Part shown: positions 48,801-55,126 of the stretch, in pieces
How the letters are laid out: every line of letters begins with the position of its first letter
How positions within the stretch are numbered: position 1 is the first letter of the stretch
IMG/VR virus record: IMGVR_UViG_3300021368_000003
Span: 31,400-95,399 of that record
Direction: 5' to 3' (one strand)
From: a virus
DNA length: 64,000 nt
Notes under the pieces: model-generated
What the model saw: the letters and a program-made list of their open reading frames with translations, nothing else
Told to the model about the DNA's origin: nothing
The model's database searches: none
Made by a program: the position numbers and the translations under genes

Positions 48801-51800
48801 AAAGAACAAATCGTTGTAGGAATCCAGAACAAACTGAGGTCTTTGTACCTGACCACCAGAGACTGCCAACTTCTTGACATAACTCATTTCGATGTTGGCA
48901 CCGTCATAAACCATCTCACCAAACATGAGATCGTTATTGTCTAAATCAATACCAGCAAAGACGATTTTATTGTTACCAATGTAATACAACTGGTGCATTT
49001 GCTCACCTTCGCTGTCAGAAGCGAACTTACGCTTCTCTACAACGTCACCTTGGTTATTGAGCTGCATAACCCAGATATCATCAGGATCTGGGGAGTTGGT
49101 GTCCGTCCAACCACAAATATAAAGTCTCTGCTCGTCATCGAGGTAAATATCACCTGCATAGTCGCGACGAGTCGCACCAGAGACACCAGCAATCTCTTTC
49201 TGGAATCTGATGATACCTTCGGGATTATTTGCGTTATCAAGACCAGATTCGTACTTAACAAGCAGGATATCGGGATTATATCCAGCAGTGCTCTGAGATT
49301 CGGTTTCACCGAGCACATAGATCAAATGATTGTCCTCAGAAGTCTCGTCGAGGTAAATCTTCTTAAAACGTGCTTTTTTGATGCTAGAAGACGGCAGAAT
49401 ACTTCTATCCCAAATAAGTCCACCCAGATCGGAGAATTTAGCGAGGAAAGCAGAAGTATCGCCATTTGTTTGAGTCAGTTCGCCACAAACGTAAGTAGTA
49501 CGGTCGGAAGCGGTCTGAATGTCGAAAATTTCAAATGTAGAGGCATTAGCACCACTTTCGACATATTGGTTGACCCAATAGTAAGTTTTCTTAAATTGTT
49601 GAGGGTGAGAGACTCTGATTTGAGGAACATCCTCAATATCGTAGTCAAAACCAGAATTGATGATATCAACACGGTCAATCTTACCAGTGGTGGTATCCAG
49701 GATAATATCAAGTTCAACGTCCTGTCCAGAGTCAGTAATGATCTCATAAGTGGGAGGAATTGCCTCATTGTAACCAACACCGATCTGATCAACACTAATT
49801 GACTCAATACCAGTCACAACGGACATGTAGAATCGCTTATTAGTGTTATCAGTGATAACTTTCGACGAAACAATAATTTCGTCTTGTGCAATCAGTTCGT
49901 GATCGTTAGCAGTGGTAATTTTACCGTATGGTTCATCATCAATGATCTCTTTACGATATCCAGAGATACTTTGACCAGTAACAGACTCAATTTGAGCAGA
50001 AGCACCAAATCCATCAGTTCCAGTGTTATCAAAGAACAAAGTATCGTTAACCTGGTAAGAAACACCAGGGTTCTCGATAACGAATCCGTCAATTTGTGCA
50101 GACTCGAATTTAGTAGTATTTTCGACCTCAATATCCACTCTGGACTCGGTAGAGACCGTTGGGAAGTAATCATAGATCTGCAATGCCGCTTCTTCGGTCA
50201 TTGCTTGCAGAGTTGCAATTTCAACGGGACTGATGATGCCATCACCGTCCATATCTTCAATTTCAAAGATAATTACGTCACCTTCACGCTCAGTAACGAG
50301 TTCATCAGATCTTTGGTTAGGTTGACGATCAATATCGATGTCAACATTAGCATAGGGGTCTCTGAAACGAGAAACATCAAGAGGAATGTTTTCTTGGGTT
50401 GCAGATTGACTCAGGTTCCAAGTATCAACAACAGAGTTGAACTGAGGACCAACAATATAAGGGAATACAGGAAGACCAGCGTCAGATTCGTCAATAGTTA
50501 CAAAATAAGCGTAAGTACCAGCAGGATAGTCAGGAGTCTTACAGAAACGACCGTTATAGGGGTCTAGGTCGCCTCTCTGGAAGTCATATTCGTAATCATT
50601 GATGAAAGTACCAGCAGGATAGGTTGCAAGCAGCGGACCATCCGTTCTGGCAGGAGTTGGGTTGGTATCAATGTTATATACAACCTCATCCTTCAATTTG
50701 TAAGAAGAACGCATTCTTCTAAGACCACTGTTCTGATCAGTCGGGTCAATATAACCGTAAGGACCGTAAATCGGGTTACCATCAAACGCCCAACCAATAA
50801 TTGGAGAGTGTGCTTCGTTCTGACCAATCTCACGGAAGTTCTGAGTCTGAGGGTCAAGAACTACGTTGTCACCAACCACATAACGGAGTTCTTTCGGGTC
50901 AGAGACGTGTGCATATTCACCACCATACTGGTTATTGAAACCAGTGAATACATAACCACGAGCAATGTCATATTTGGAGTTAAGTTCATATTCAAGGTTT
51001 TTATTCCACTTGAATACAGTTGCTTCAAAGGTTGCAAGTTGACCAACTGCCTCTAAACGTACAGTTGTTTGACCTTGTGTATATCCAACACCTTTGTTAG
51101 TGATTTGGACAGAAATAACCTTACCTTTGTCCTCACCAAGGGTTCCAATGACAGCAGTTGCCTGAGCACCGAATCCATCACCGTTAATGTATACGGTAGG
51201 AGCAGTGGTATAGTTTTCACCAGAGTTAATGATAGCGATCGACACAATACGACCGTTAATCACAATAGGTTGTGCCAGAGCACCTTCACCAGAGTTCAGT
51301 TTGATCTCGGGAGTAGAAGTATATCCAGATCCAGCAGAAGTCAGTGAAACGCCAGAAATAGGACCACGAACTTGTGCAGTAGCAAGAGCACCAGCACCGC
51401 CACCACCAGTAATAGAGATAGTGGGTTGAGAAGTATAACCAGTACCAGCATTCTCTACCAGAATACGAGTTACACGACCATTAGTCACAACTGCCTGAGC
51501 AGTTGCACCAGAACCACCGCCACCAACGATAGAGATCAGAGGTTGAGCAGTATACCCAGAACCCTGATTGGTAACATCGATAGAGAACAGTGAACCATTA
51601 ACAGTAACGCTAGCAGCAGCACCAGTACCACCGCCACCAGAAATTTGAAGTGCAGGCTTGTTACCAGCATCATAATCGATACCATTGTTGGTAATAGTGA
51701 TTGCAGTCAAAGGACCAAAGGTCACATAGTCCTTAGACTTGTAAGACCAAGCAGCAACACCGTTTACCCAAGAACCAACGGGGTTATTAGGTTGAATAGT

Positions 51801-54800
51801 AGTTCTAGTAGAAACCGTAGATACAGTTCTAGGGAATCTAAGCAGTTTACGCTGGTTACCAGGAATTAGAGCAGAACCTTGGAAAGGACCGATCTTATAG
51901 TTGGGCAGACCAGATGCAGCAACGTAAACGTAGTTATTATTGAAGAAAGTATTCTGAATGTTTGAAGTGAACAGAGATACTACTTCGTTAATAGAGTTAA
52001 TAGTAGACTTACCTCTATTCAAGTCAACAGACAAGAGAATGTTACCCTGAGGAGTGATCTGAGTTGGTACAGGGATAGCATAAGTGAAAGTAAAGTCGTC
52101 AAGACGAGAAGTTACTTCATAAGTTCCGTTATAGACAGCAGGGTTTGCACCATAAATGGTAACCTTGTCTTCTACAAGCAATCCGTGCGGGTTATCACAA
52201 ACGACGGTAGCAGTTTGGTTATTCGATCCCCCAGGAGTAATGCTTGTAACCTTGATGAGTTTCTTAACGTTATACAACCAGGATTGAAGGCGTTCATCAG
52301 TGTCAGTGCCACCCAAAGCAGCCACATTAAGCTTATCGCCTGGTAGATAGTAAGAACCAGTGTCTTCAAGAACGGTAGTACCTGCTTCTGCAATACCGAG
52401 AACACGAAGTTTGACTTCATTGCTCTGTCCTTTGTTAACCCAGACAAAAATATCCGATTGAATCGTCGTACCAGGGTCCCAGTCCTCAACTACACCGTTT
52501 TTAGAACGAGTACACTCGATAAACTGGTTCAGTGACTTTTCTTTGTACTGAACAACCTCTGAATCATCAATAATGATCGTACCGTTCTTCTCTGGCCACC
52601 CAATAGTTGAGTCAACGGTAATTATGTTACCATCAGTGGACAAAGGTTCAACAAGAGTCGTTTTATAAGGAATCTTGAAGGTTCCACTCAGAGTTTCCTC
52701 TGAAATTGCCAATTCGTAAATTACGTCAGTACCCTCAATGATCGAAATCACGTTTTCGATCAAAACAGAGGCATCTTTGATATTTTGGTCAACAGGATCC
52801 TCAATTTGGATCAACTGTGCGTTCGGTAGATCAGCAGGGTCACCAGAAATCAGTTGAGCACGAAGAATCGTGTCAACAACCCAGGATGCTGCCGAAGGAG
52901 TGACCAGTTCGTCTCTTGGATAGTAAACATCAACTTCCTCACCGAACAAAATCTTGAATAGGTACTGTGCAGCAGTTTTCGTACCCTTCGAGATGTAGAA
53001 ATCCTTGATCGTCTTGATAACTTGCACAGGATTGACCCGTGCATAGTCAATGTTGATCGTAGGCATGTATTGATCACGGAATTTATCAAATACACGTCTA
53101 ATAATCTGAGCGTCCAGGTTATGAACAACAGATCCAACAGTATGATTGGTTTGTGCAAGTTGATCTTCCTTAGCGTAGACCTGATTGCCAAAATTATCAA
53201 ATTGGACAACATCAGATACACCACGAGCACAACCACGCAGTGAAGAAGGTTCATAATTTTCACCAGAAGACCTAATAAGGCAACCAGTTACCTCACCAAA
53301 TCCAACATCACATGATGCTTGTGCAGCAAGTGGTTCAGCGATGTAAACCTTAGGAGGATTCTCAGTAGAATACCCTTCACCGAAGTTGGTGATGTTAATA
53401 TCAGTAATTTCACCGTTAAAGATGGTTGCTGCTGCCATTGCACCAGTACCACCAATAGATTCACCCAGAGGACCCTTACGATCGTCTACAATGTATACAG
53501 AAGGAGCATCGGTATAACCAGAACCACCTGTCAGCAGGTTGATATTGGTAACACTACCGTTTGCAACAGTAACATCAAGAACCTGAGCACCAACGGGTTG
53601 TACAACTCTTGCTCTTGGTGCTGTCTGGTAACCACGACCTCTATTAGTGATAGTTACAGACACAACTTGTCCGTCAGGAGACACAGAGCAAGTTGCTTCG
53701 GCGTCAATACCGTCTTCGGGAGCAGGATCAATGTAGATAGTAGGAGGATTACTATAACCAAGACCAAACTTAGTTACAGTGATAGATCCATCAACCAGAC
53801 GACCCTCAGAATCGATTGTAGGGTCAGTACACTCAGCACCACCAGGGTTGATAAAGGTAATTGCAGGAATAAAGTCGTAACCAGAACCAGAGTTGGTGAT
53901 CTCGATACCAGAGACTTGTCCTGTTGTATCATCAACAGTAATTTCAGCAGCAGCACGAGAACCATTGATCAGATCGCTAGGTTCAGTGATACGAACAACA
54001 GGAGGGTTGTATGAAGTGTAACCCTGACCACCATTGATCAGTTTAACGTTCTTAATACCGTTGACCAGAGACCTTGCAGCAGCACCAGTTCCCTTTCCAG
54101 TAGAAGAGAAGATGGATACCTTGGGTGCAAAGTTCAGTCTATAACCACTACCACCATTCTTGATAGTAATTGCGGCAATTTCACCATTAGAACCAACACG
54201 GGTCACTGCCTCAGCGCCAGTTCCAACCGAAGGAGACACATATTCGATCGAACGGATATGGAATGTGTCTTGTCCAGAGATGTTAACAAAGAACTTGATT
54301 CTAGTGTTGTTATCAGTCAACACATAATCATCGAATGGGCGTTGCAGCACACCATTACGGTTGATAATCAGACCAATCTCAGCAATCGGAGCATAGGGGA
54401 GATTATCATATTGAACCACCATCGAATCTCCACCAATGAGACTCTCGACAGGAGGGTAAACCAGTTCTTTAATTACAGAATCAGCAAAACCGATGTAGTA
54501 AAGAATCTGAGTCAGTTCTACTTGATCATTACCAGTTCTAGCACGGGGTGCAGTGGTAAATACAATCTGAGAACCAGTAATAGTGTAATCAACACCAGGG
54601 ATCAACAGATCACCATATACAGTAACTGCAAGGTGTGCTGCTGAGACAGGTGAGACAGGGGTGCCTAGGAATTTGAGATCGAAGGTAGTTCTAGTACCAT
54701 CAAACTCAGTCCAAGGAGATTCTAGTGCTTGTCTCTTCTTATTAAATTCTTGTAGAGAGATACCTGGGGTCAGGATTACGTCAGGACCACGAACAGTCTG

Positions 54801-55121
54801 AGCATAATAGATAACCTCATTATCAATCATTACAGATCCATCCTGAGGGATGAATCCATCAATCTGTTCTACTTCAATCGTGCTAACATTGGCATCAACA
54901 TCCTTGATCACCGTCGTGCTAGAAGTCAGCAGTTTGGGATCGTAGGCATCAAGATCAAGATACCTAAGCAAATTGTTCAGGATGTTATAGGAACGTCCTG
55001 TTTTCTCTTGTGACTTGTAATATTCAAAGAGAAATTGTACGAACTGCTGATCTTCTTCCCGAATAAATTCAGGGAGTTGGTCAGCAACTCTGTCCGAGAT
55101 GTTAATTCTGTCTGCAAACAT
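33882..55121 (-). CDS. gp7: giant baseplate wedge initiator gp7-like protein, 7079 aa
   Basis: QLPEFIREE..FVQFLFEYY N-terminus, IKDFYISKGT..LFKILFGE and IQDSFFYQNFSYVIKS..HPVG motifs; lies between gp6 and gp8; many inserted domains. Confidence 0.9.
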   Translation of the reverse strand: MFADRINISDRVADQLPEFIREEDQQFVQFLFEYYKSQEKTGRSYNILNNLLRYLDLDAYDPKLLTSSTTVIKDVDANVSTIEVEQIDGFIPQDGSVMIDNEVIYYAQTVRGPDVILTPGISLQEFNKKRQALESPWTEFDGTRTTFDLKFLGTPVSPVSAAHLAVTVYGDLLIPGVDYTITGSQIVFTTAPRARTGNDQVELTQILYYIGFADSVIKELVYPPVESLIGGDSMVVQYDNLPYAPIAEIGLIINRNGVLQRPFDDYVLTDNNTRIKFFVNISGQDTFHIRSIEYVSPSVGTGAEAVTRVGSNGEIAAITIKNGGSGYRLNFAPKVSIFSSTGKGTGAAARSLVNGIKNVKLINGGQGYTSYNPPVVRITEPSDLINGSRAAAEITVDDTTGQVSGIEITNSGSGYDFIPAITFINPGGAECTDPTIDSEGRLVDGSITVTKFGLGYSNPPTIYIDPAPEDGIDAEATCSVSPDGQVVSVTITNRGRGYQTAPRARVVQPVGAQVLDVTVANGSVTNINLLTGGSGYTDAPSVYIVDDRKGPLGESIGGTGAMAAATIFNGEITDINITNFGEGYSTENPPKVYIAEPLAAQASCDVGFGEVTGCLIRSSGENYEPSSLRGCARGVSDVVQFDNFGNQVYAKEDQLAQTNHTVGSVVHNLDAQIIRRVFDKFRDQYMPTINIDYARVNPVQVIKTIKDFYISKGTKTAAQYLFKILFGEEVDVYYPRDELVTPSAASWVVDTILRAQLISGDPADLPNAQLIQIEDPVDQNIKDASVLIENVISIIEGTDVIYELAISEETLSGTFKIPYKTTLVEPLSTDGNIITVDSTIGWPEKNGTIIIDDSEVVQYKEKSLNQFIECTRSKNGVVEDWDPGTTIQSDIFVWVNKGQSNEVKLRVLGIAEAGTTVLEDTGSYYLPGDKLNVAALGGTDTDERLQSWLYNVKKLIKVTSITPGGSNNQTATVVCDNPHGLLVEDKVTIYGANPAVYNGTYEVTSRLDDFTFTYAIPVPTQITPQGNILLSVDLNRGKSTINSINEVVSLFTSNIQNTFFNNNYVYVAASGLPNYKIGPFQGSALIPGNQRKLLRFPRTVSTVSTRTTIQPNNPVGSWVNGVAAWSYKSKDYVTFGPLTAITITNNGIDYDAGNKPALQISGGGGTGAAASVTVNGSLFSIDVTNQGSGYTAQPLISIVGGGGSGATAQAVVTNGRVTRILVENAGTGYTSQPTISITGGGGAGALATAQVRGPISGVSLTSAGSGYTSTPEIKLNSGEGALAQPIVINGRIVSIAIINSGENYTTAPTVYINGDGFGAQATAVIGTLGEDKGKVISVQITNKGVGYTQGQTTVRLEAVGQLATFEATVFKWNKNLEYELNSKYDIARGYVFTGFNNQYGGEYAHVSDPKELRYVVGDNVVLDPQTQNFREIGQNEAHSPIIGWAFDGNPIYGPYGYIDPTDQNSGLRRMRSSYKLKDEVVYNIDTNPTPARTDGPLLATYPAGTFINDYEYDFQRGDLDPYNGRFCKTPDYPAGTYAYFVTIDESDAGLPVFPYIVGPQFNSVVDTWNLSQSATQENIPLDVSRFRDPYANVDIDIDRQPNQRSDELVTEREGDVIIFEIEDMDGDGIISPVEIATLQAMTEEAALQIYDYFPTVSTESRVDIEVENTTKFESAQIDGFVIENPGVSYQVNDTLFFDNTGTDGFGASAQIESVTGQSISGYRKEIIDDEPYGKITTANDHELIAQDEIIVSSKVITDNTNKRFYMSVVTGIESISVDQIGVGYNEAIPPTYEIITDSGQDVELDIILDTTTGKIDRVDIINSGFDYDIEDVPQIRVSHPQQFKKTYYWVNQYVESGANASTFEIFDIQTASDRTTYVCGELTQTNGDTSAFLAKFSDLGGLIWDRSILPSSSIKKARFKKIYLDETSEDNHLIYVLGETESQSTAGYNPDILLVKYESGLDNANNPEGIIRFQKEIAGVSGATRRDYAGDIYLDDEQRLYICGWTDTNSPDPDDIWVMQLNNQGDVVEKRKFASDSEGEQMHQLYYIGNNKIVFAGIDLDNNDLMFGEMVYDGANIEMSYVKKLAVSGGQVQRPQFVLDSYNDLFFVCDMWNGTKHYGVAFFKIAMDQIRLTLSAPEWYFSKIIAPSVTFESINHAGISLDEFGNVNVLTHIKYEDNDQQVVASNFKYNGTLLYKSNIIRGAWDSVNSDTDYGLGFTAFNHTVDNSGDIIVPVNVQRSVPTAVYRFNDSADTYFDATKQKKSAVTVTGGANILRDDTIYKFGSASLKLQAAGRLDWTDFDNNDDWTVGMWVKMIGSHASNNPKMEMITCIADNGDKVIYSINGTVGDPNFGKVILDITPQGGGGATVVSVGSTYFTTMSSEGWHHIVLVKEEPTLGSFVYSAYFDGVQVCTATRTEDVAMDDLAVLSNATSGATNTSFIGWVDDIIVEPRAVYTGSSLTVPTERYRIDTENSGMDMIKFDRLHSKRGDYQIANNQGIVFSEATNLNVNTLNNPVITVWNEGSSGLQILDYSDVTSTLNYGTYTFGESITTYTSKTSTVPSPLGKRLLISPNVIAKYYLRDAAYSKMDNVKKFTFNQDVKFDKGTVIQQFNAQGVTQAFGTIVETPVGPINNPGYGTEYKIGKIFGNFNNTDRFRNSTGQENLIEEIDFTVSRPQDEWVSGKAYNVNDQVYSDGKIYAATNTATSGATAPTHEIGIVTDGAVTWNYISAAGTIQVNLLDYAWPQPLVDEWETNRSYSTNDFVYYGRYKYQATSDGISGGTAPVHTSGTVTDGNVTWSYVSTYDPLSDYARFRPFRAEEYRVTIIDTYSDSDFIIGDVVSLGGSITAGPNEDNAKIADINGVTTVKTIKLTVTLDKDIIRTSEGRSDLIYATAVTPHNYTAGDILFVQGFDTGEFNGSFFVQEVFSSRDFTYRLRATATADPGFATGVTGVKIASKHPTLMLTRNHSYIFDMSDPSNFGYYLSFSQDNQYKLEYSFNVIEREGTPGLSSATETPVVKFTIGGEVTNITYYFDPSRLGANSPVGNNSFIDVIKTPFDGRFTISEVISDTEFRFKLLHEPEFTNAEIGEDEFDRPNSSYSTTSVKAIGPINTIKLISPGGFYKKLPVVSDIASDRKIEKVRISNGGTEYASGVYTQVPILGDGEGGLVQITVEVDDEIGSGTITDVALTDPGKGYTTASIDVDGIEGILGPTLSGSGAELEVVIPAEGSGAAVFLTGRQIGKIKTLKNNEFGYGYSHDYTLRPEIAFPINLQLFNTSILSQIKITNPGAGYTSAPSVIISGGGGSGAEAEAVVKNNRLSEILIKNPGAGYSSQPVVTLKSEFTYVVNLDLNYLQFNFPHGITTGAEVQFRADDIGSEVGILPKPSSVGLTSLSATQTYYAIAGNVNGLEADQLRFALTRVDAESGNFITFLTQGDGRQVLLTEVFGGQAEAVVETSRFLEGEELFQGESYELASAFGVVSENEGWQIQPKILKVTNPRGDFVVGGKVQGVISRASGLIDNINIAKGVLNIDALTKTPGRFIDDIGKPSEIVQKIQDSFFYQNFSYVIKSQIPINKWKSQILENNHPVGFNMFGQLELTGGKDISGRKVVAGFTKQVNINEYTNVNQITSFGAAQPIYSTFNNSEVLFRKKRLTNSEEILTSIVKKIDDISGQFDGSTKQFPLRVEGENLIVKDNQLVVTLNGVIQAPGESFQIVGNNIVFAEPPKPDSKVVYRNVEFDIMPITRLNLNTIGGIFPELGDTVNGFTSEARAKVVATGATSIDVVDIQGGPFDLNERIDVGRTGFSALIGSIDDSVTKLYLENVGGTFTQNALGGVRVTGQTSGATATVFTVNPTDYTIDVTDMANGYFERGESVTFFGLQYGGDILNVDSVNYKTIFEFGETVTNLDGDQAIIEETNQDLDGNIDDKLVLSKTSGTSEYETGIYAIGLQDIIYSASSNIAARITSTSPYRDPIVNINLVRPVGGESGWSSFSEGDKIQGPGGTASGEVVRIDQEASPPILYYLKGSVADFQDGDTIQKYTVDSTTGDRILDNMTEVVAGEVRLGDVVDQLIINKGSTFFGLVFERLISLTNANVIVDDISKTTITPTLIDDADQRINADFLDFEEVRSTEIEYENLTGGTLAAGDELRSITFEYGNTVTDSKNRWKDAGRMIALNKDEIVDFANAEIAVEHPGFYYPGDNATDAWSRYADAYRLIQKNKHYIQAKAYALMTAEYPSLNVPSADKCKRDIGYYIDALSFDVYSGGTVYTRKLAQKYFSTDGTQFLYVNNEAAATEFAFDKATELMRQALRNDLNGSEVVDGVTYIFYNERTAGGSTGTGITADPSPGNNYGTAGSNDINYGVNNCADVQSALQTLCDNISVILLAGSLADILDEVVPTQYTANEVKCRRDIGLMVDALSDDISDDGNYNIVEFARKYFTNGSPISNGLVGELAESLTAFRKAGEMARRAINNLLYVQVNTRTPELGYMLKDPSTYQGPYLGAAGTTLQQFTPTAATYTPSTGVMTIGIGTHSLSTSDSVTIRPYSMNFTCTMDGGATFHEYPRAGDPAFNTPLQITGVTSTTIDVNVGASPLVQFTPTGANYNPATGSMELTIGSHTLEIGDDIRIATDSLTFTCTQDNNGSNHTYPRASDPAAGATLAINAVTATTITVNVGASPTGQQYPHTFVSANANAVSTGGGYTHTFIDAVDNAIFVGGGTEAAYYDPNYSSGSNESIQNCADVQAGIHTLVEIAATAIGAGNLNSINSLSPITDGTYNENENLRVFKLAYKDRGGNGFFIPGDTIRGTSSGASFEAKGTNSGLKWLFTNAVTGTFTDREIITNSKLTANGTITLTKLQKKAGTQSLNFQTHTGLSHELSNVTKFGTGDFTIEMWLRPSTNPQSGIKYLFDSRTQSATLTQSPVIYLENNSIKYWLNGTDHISGAHNMAQDQWSHVAITRTTGITKIFVNGTQTGGDYSDTNTYVERPFRMMAGWDGTNTFQGHVDNFIIHNESLYSGTFTPGTTYPTNTANVLFGMDMEQDIICSTEESFAVYTGQTNSAATAKKVNYDTKEIIIEDIDLSRDEHRKCADMLELNLDWISETAVGKMAAKYPDFIIPGDTETSEQGTNKCIRDTKEYILKAIIADIRYGGNYNSVISGRGYLTKSGGLNYVGNELLQSIYAWNELADVMNYVITTTSGDLVNYGTMVDENGDTVPAKYTDILRIPNNFASPASSQVTNEISSLADTIIDILCPTGDRFRDGGDAIWKNRDYIAEEVVGYIQDKYAAEIQGPLGEIRTFDFLQMPGYGEPYCLRDIKKFILPAVITDLLTGGNSSTQYVLDQYINQDNQILHVEGELSAMLDAFEYTKKLVKHAINNTLLTQGTTAAGLGIDGRYQDDYYVAIWTTREVYRDTTITIDPQAPDQTRTGPNHDRLMDAADMIERNKYVIAWEAVHTMNDMSKFINFKVPGGRQNCVDDVVDIIESIVHDMRLGGNSKTWDAAALYLNAEDNTLLHVEGEEEASQWVMKFAQEMCILTMRNGFGRDNIYIYNEIGEGDGAAGGGDLGGESFDEVETSSYEQNAVRDRYIDAANIIDRNIRFIAEEAVYLGQQQYPSLNINGGTTGGVNFTPTAATYTPASGVLELTIGSHSLVAGNQIYIQPHSLVFTCTKDGNATEHAYPRTTDPYYEDSIAITGVTATTITVNVGASPAGEQYAHTFVRAEDNAVTTAGSIDCVHDVTDILSALVFNLKYGGNNKVFHAAELYVQSAAVAHVSSQVTETTWILNKAFDLAVDVMQNDTITKQGGHSYNQKFYGDLDYFPYSDPQYSITADGAPDGTFGVCADVRSTMRTLMDIVNDTLATPASITDGTITKSLPNIWPIKYSNDMVHRDVSVTYDEGATGGWNSTCEQTASAIETLFDLVIDTVAKAASGSPTPTHLSTVTRTTPYNSNTTYQLYTCYNVISAADTLFDLMSETLGGGSFSDRATARRLVFNKHAIVAKSFAEVTTQYPGTAAPESFAQVVMDAIIYDLNTGGNAGSMKLANSWFDGEGNFIAYDGVVRQHLIFYLLRISEASKRILYDQNNTAEWGTNNEYFRYLDDTLMDAIEYRFEYEQESTEFRIDASTNPINFALTRSTPPTNNNLIWVNSTHAQNLQNLYDEGNDWNTDPELVLNTPTVEVGFERRENRVKITRPNFYSRGDVLTYVPASADIERGLQGQSWFYVLNATPQFFEIAREIRHDARYSDFDVDLSTGGQQRFQIDVRSGIYRETTTYGTRDIDTPISGGFNLADVVVGTSSNCRGDVIRTRNNEAEIIKLYKKANLVSASGRFTNGERVNVDGNPSNYGFIVQTSVLSGDNTDEGNCYIENITGIINAGDDLVGVDSAVTATVQGDLTERMLINIDRGAFAEGEMIFNKGNGAEADIKLYENSAGALVGNTGGRITIDIESLQDNFVDGDIIYGSVTDVILDIADITTAGFRNIELNQFVHATKTIQCQITNVTRDQGFLGDFNKGDLVYLLQGTIPAQPGWTAIVTEYNYDPDNSIHNVWLANLRPYGQAADGTTTVDPQLAANGSIGKFENLSNFPIFRADISSVTETSYTSYGKVAGKAISGTTGRIWLEDAVGDWPSNLSIISDYDWQAGVTQAKSLLGRCDRFFRGFDGTATSFKLTVNNGEAYFPDPAGHLLVFVNGVLQPPGATYAYTAFSDQIQFTEPPTIGSEFIGYYVGKLRQLDDISFEFDSLRSSFNLKYQGGFYSLTLTEGVSSNTILPENNIIVSLNGVIQEPGVGYNLVGSRIIFAEIPRAGSTFVAFSYIGSDADVIAATVVPPIEAGDILQIEGEGDPREVALIESSNSLITFEYTGTVKGRNAAALATIRSGEITKAQITAPGNGYTSRPNVDVVSSTGFDGRIRALMGISSIVVKNPGIGYEAPVVEVETTVPDDFVAPEGGNVNGGFDTYAGEGTDADGNPIVIVPGYILINAQPTNVTVNQGQTASFTVDASFIVSADGSVGTTALNYQWQRKQYGETNWVNITGQTNAIYSSNAAVQADDGDEFRVAITAAGAQPTYSNSVILTVQTGATIISGFTPTQIFQ
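36900..42660 (-). repeat. array of phycobiliprotein-like helical domains within gp7
   Basis: Recurring R-x-x-DA..I..N...I..A...YP...C-x-[RDH]-D...D...GG pattern, about 7 copies. Confidence 0.7.
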
Positions 55122-55126
55122 TTATC

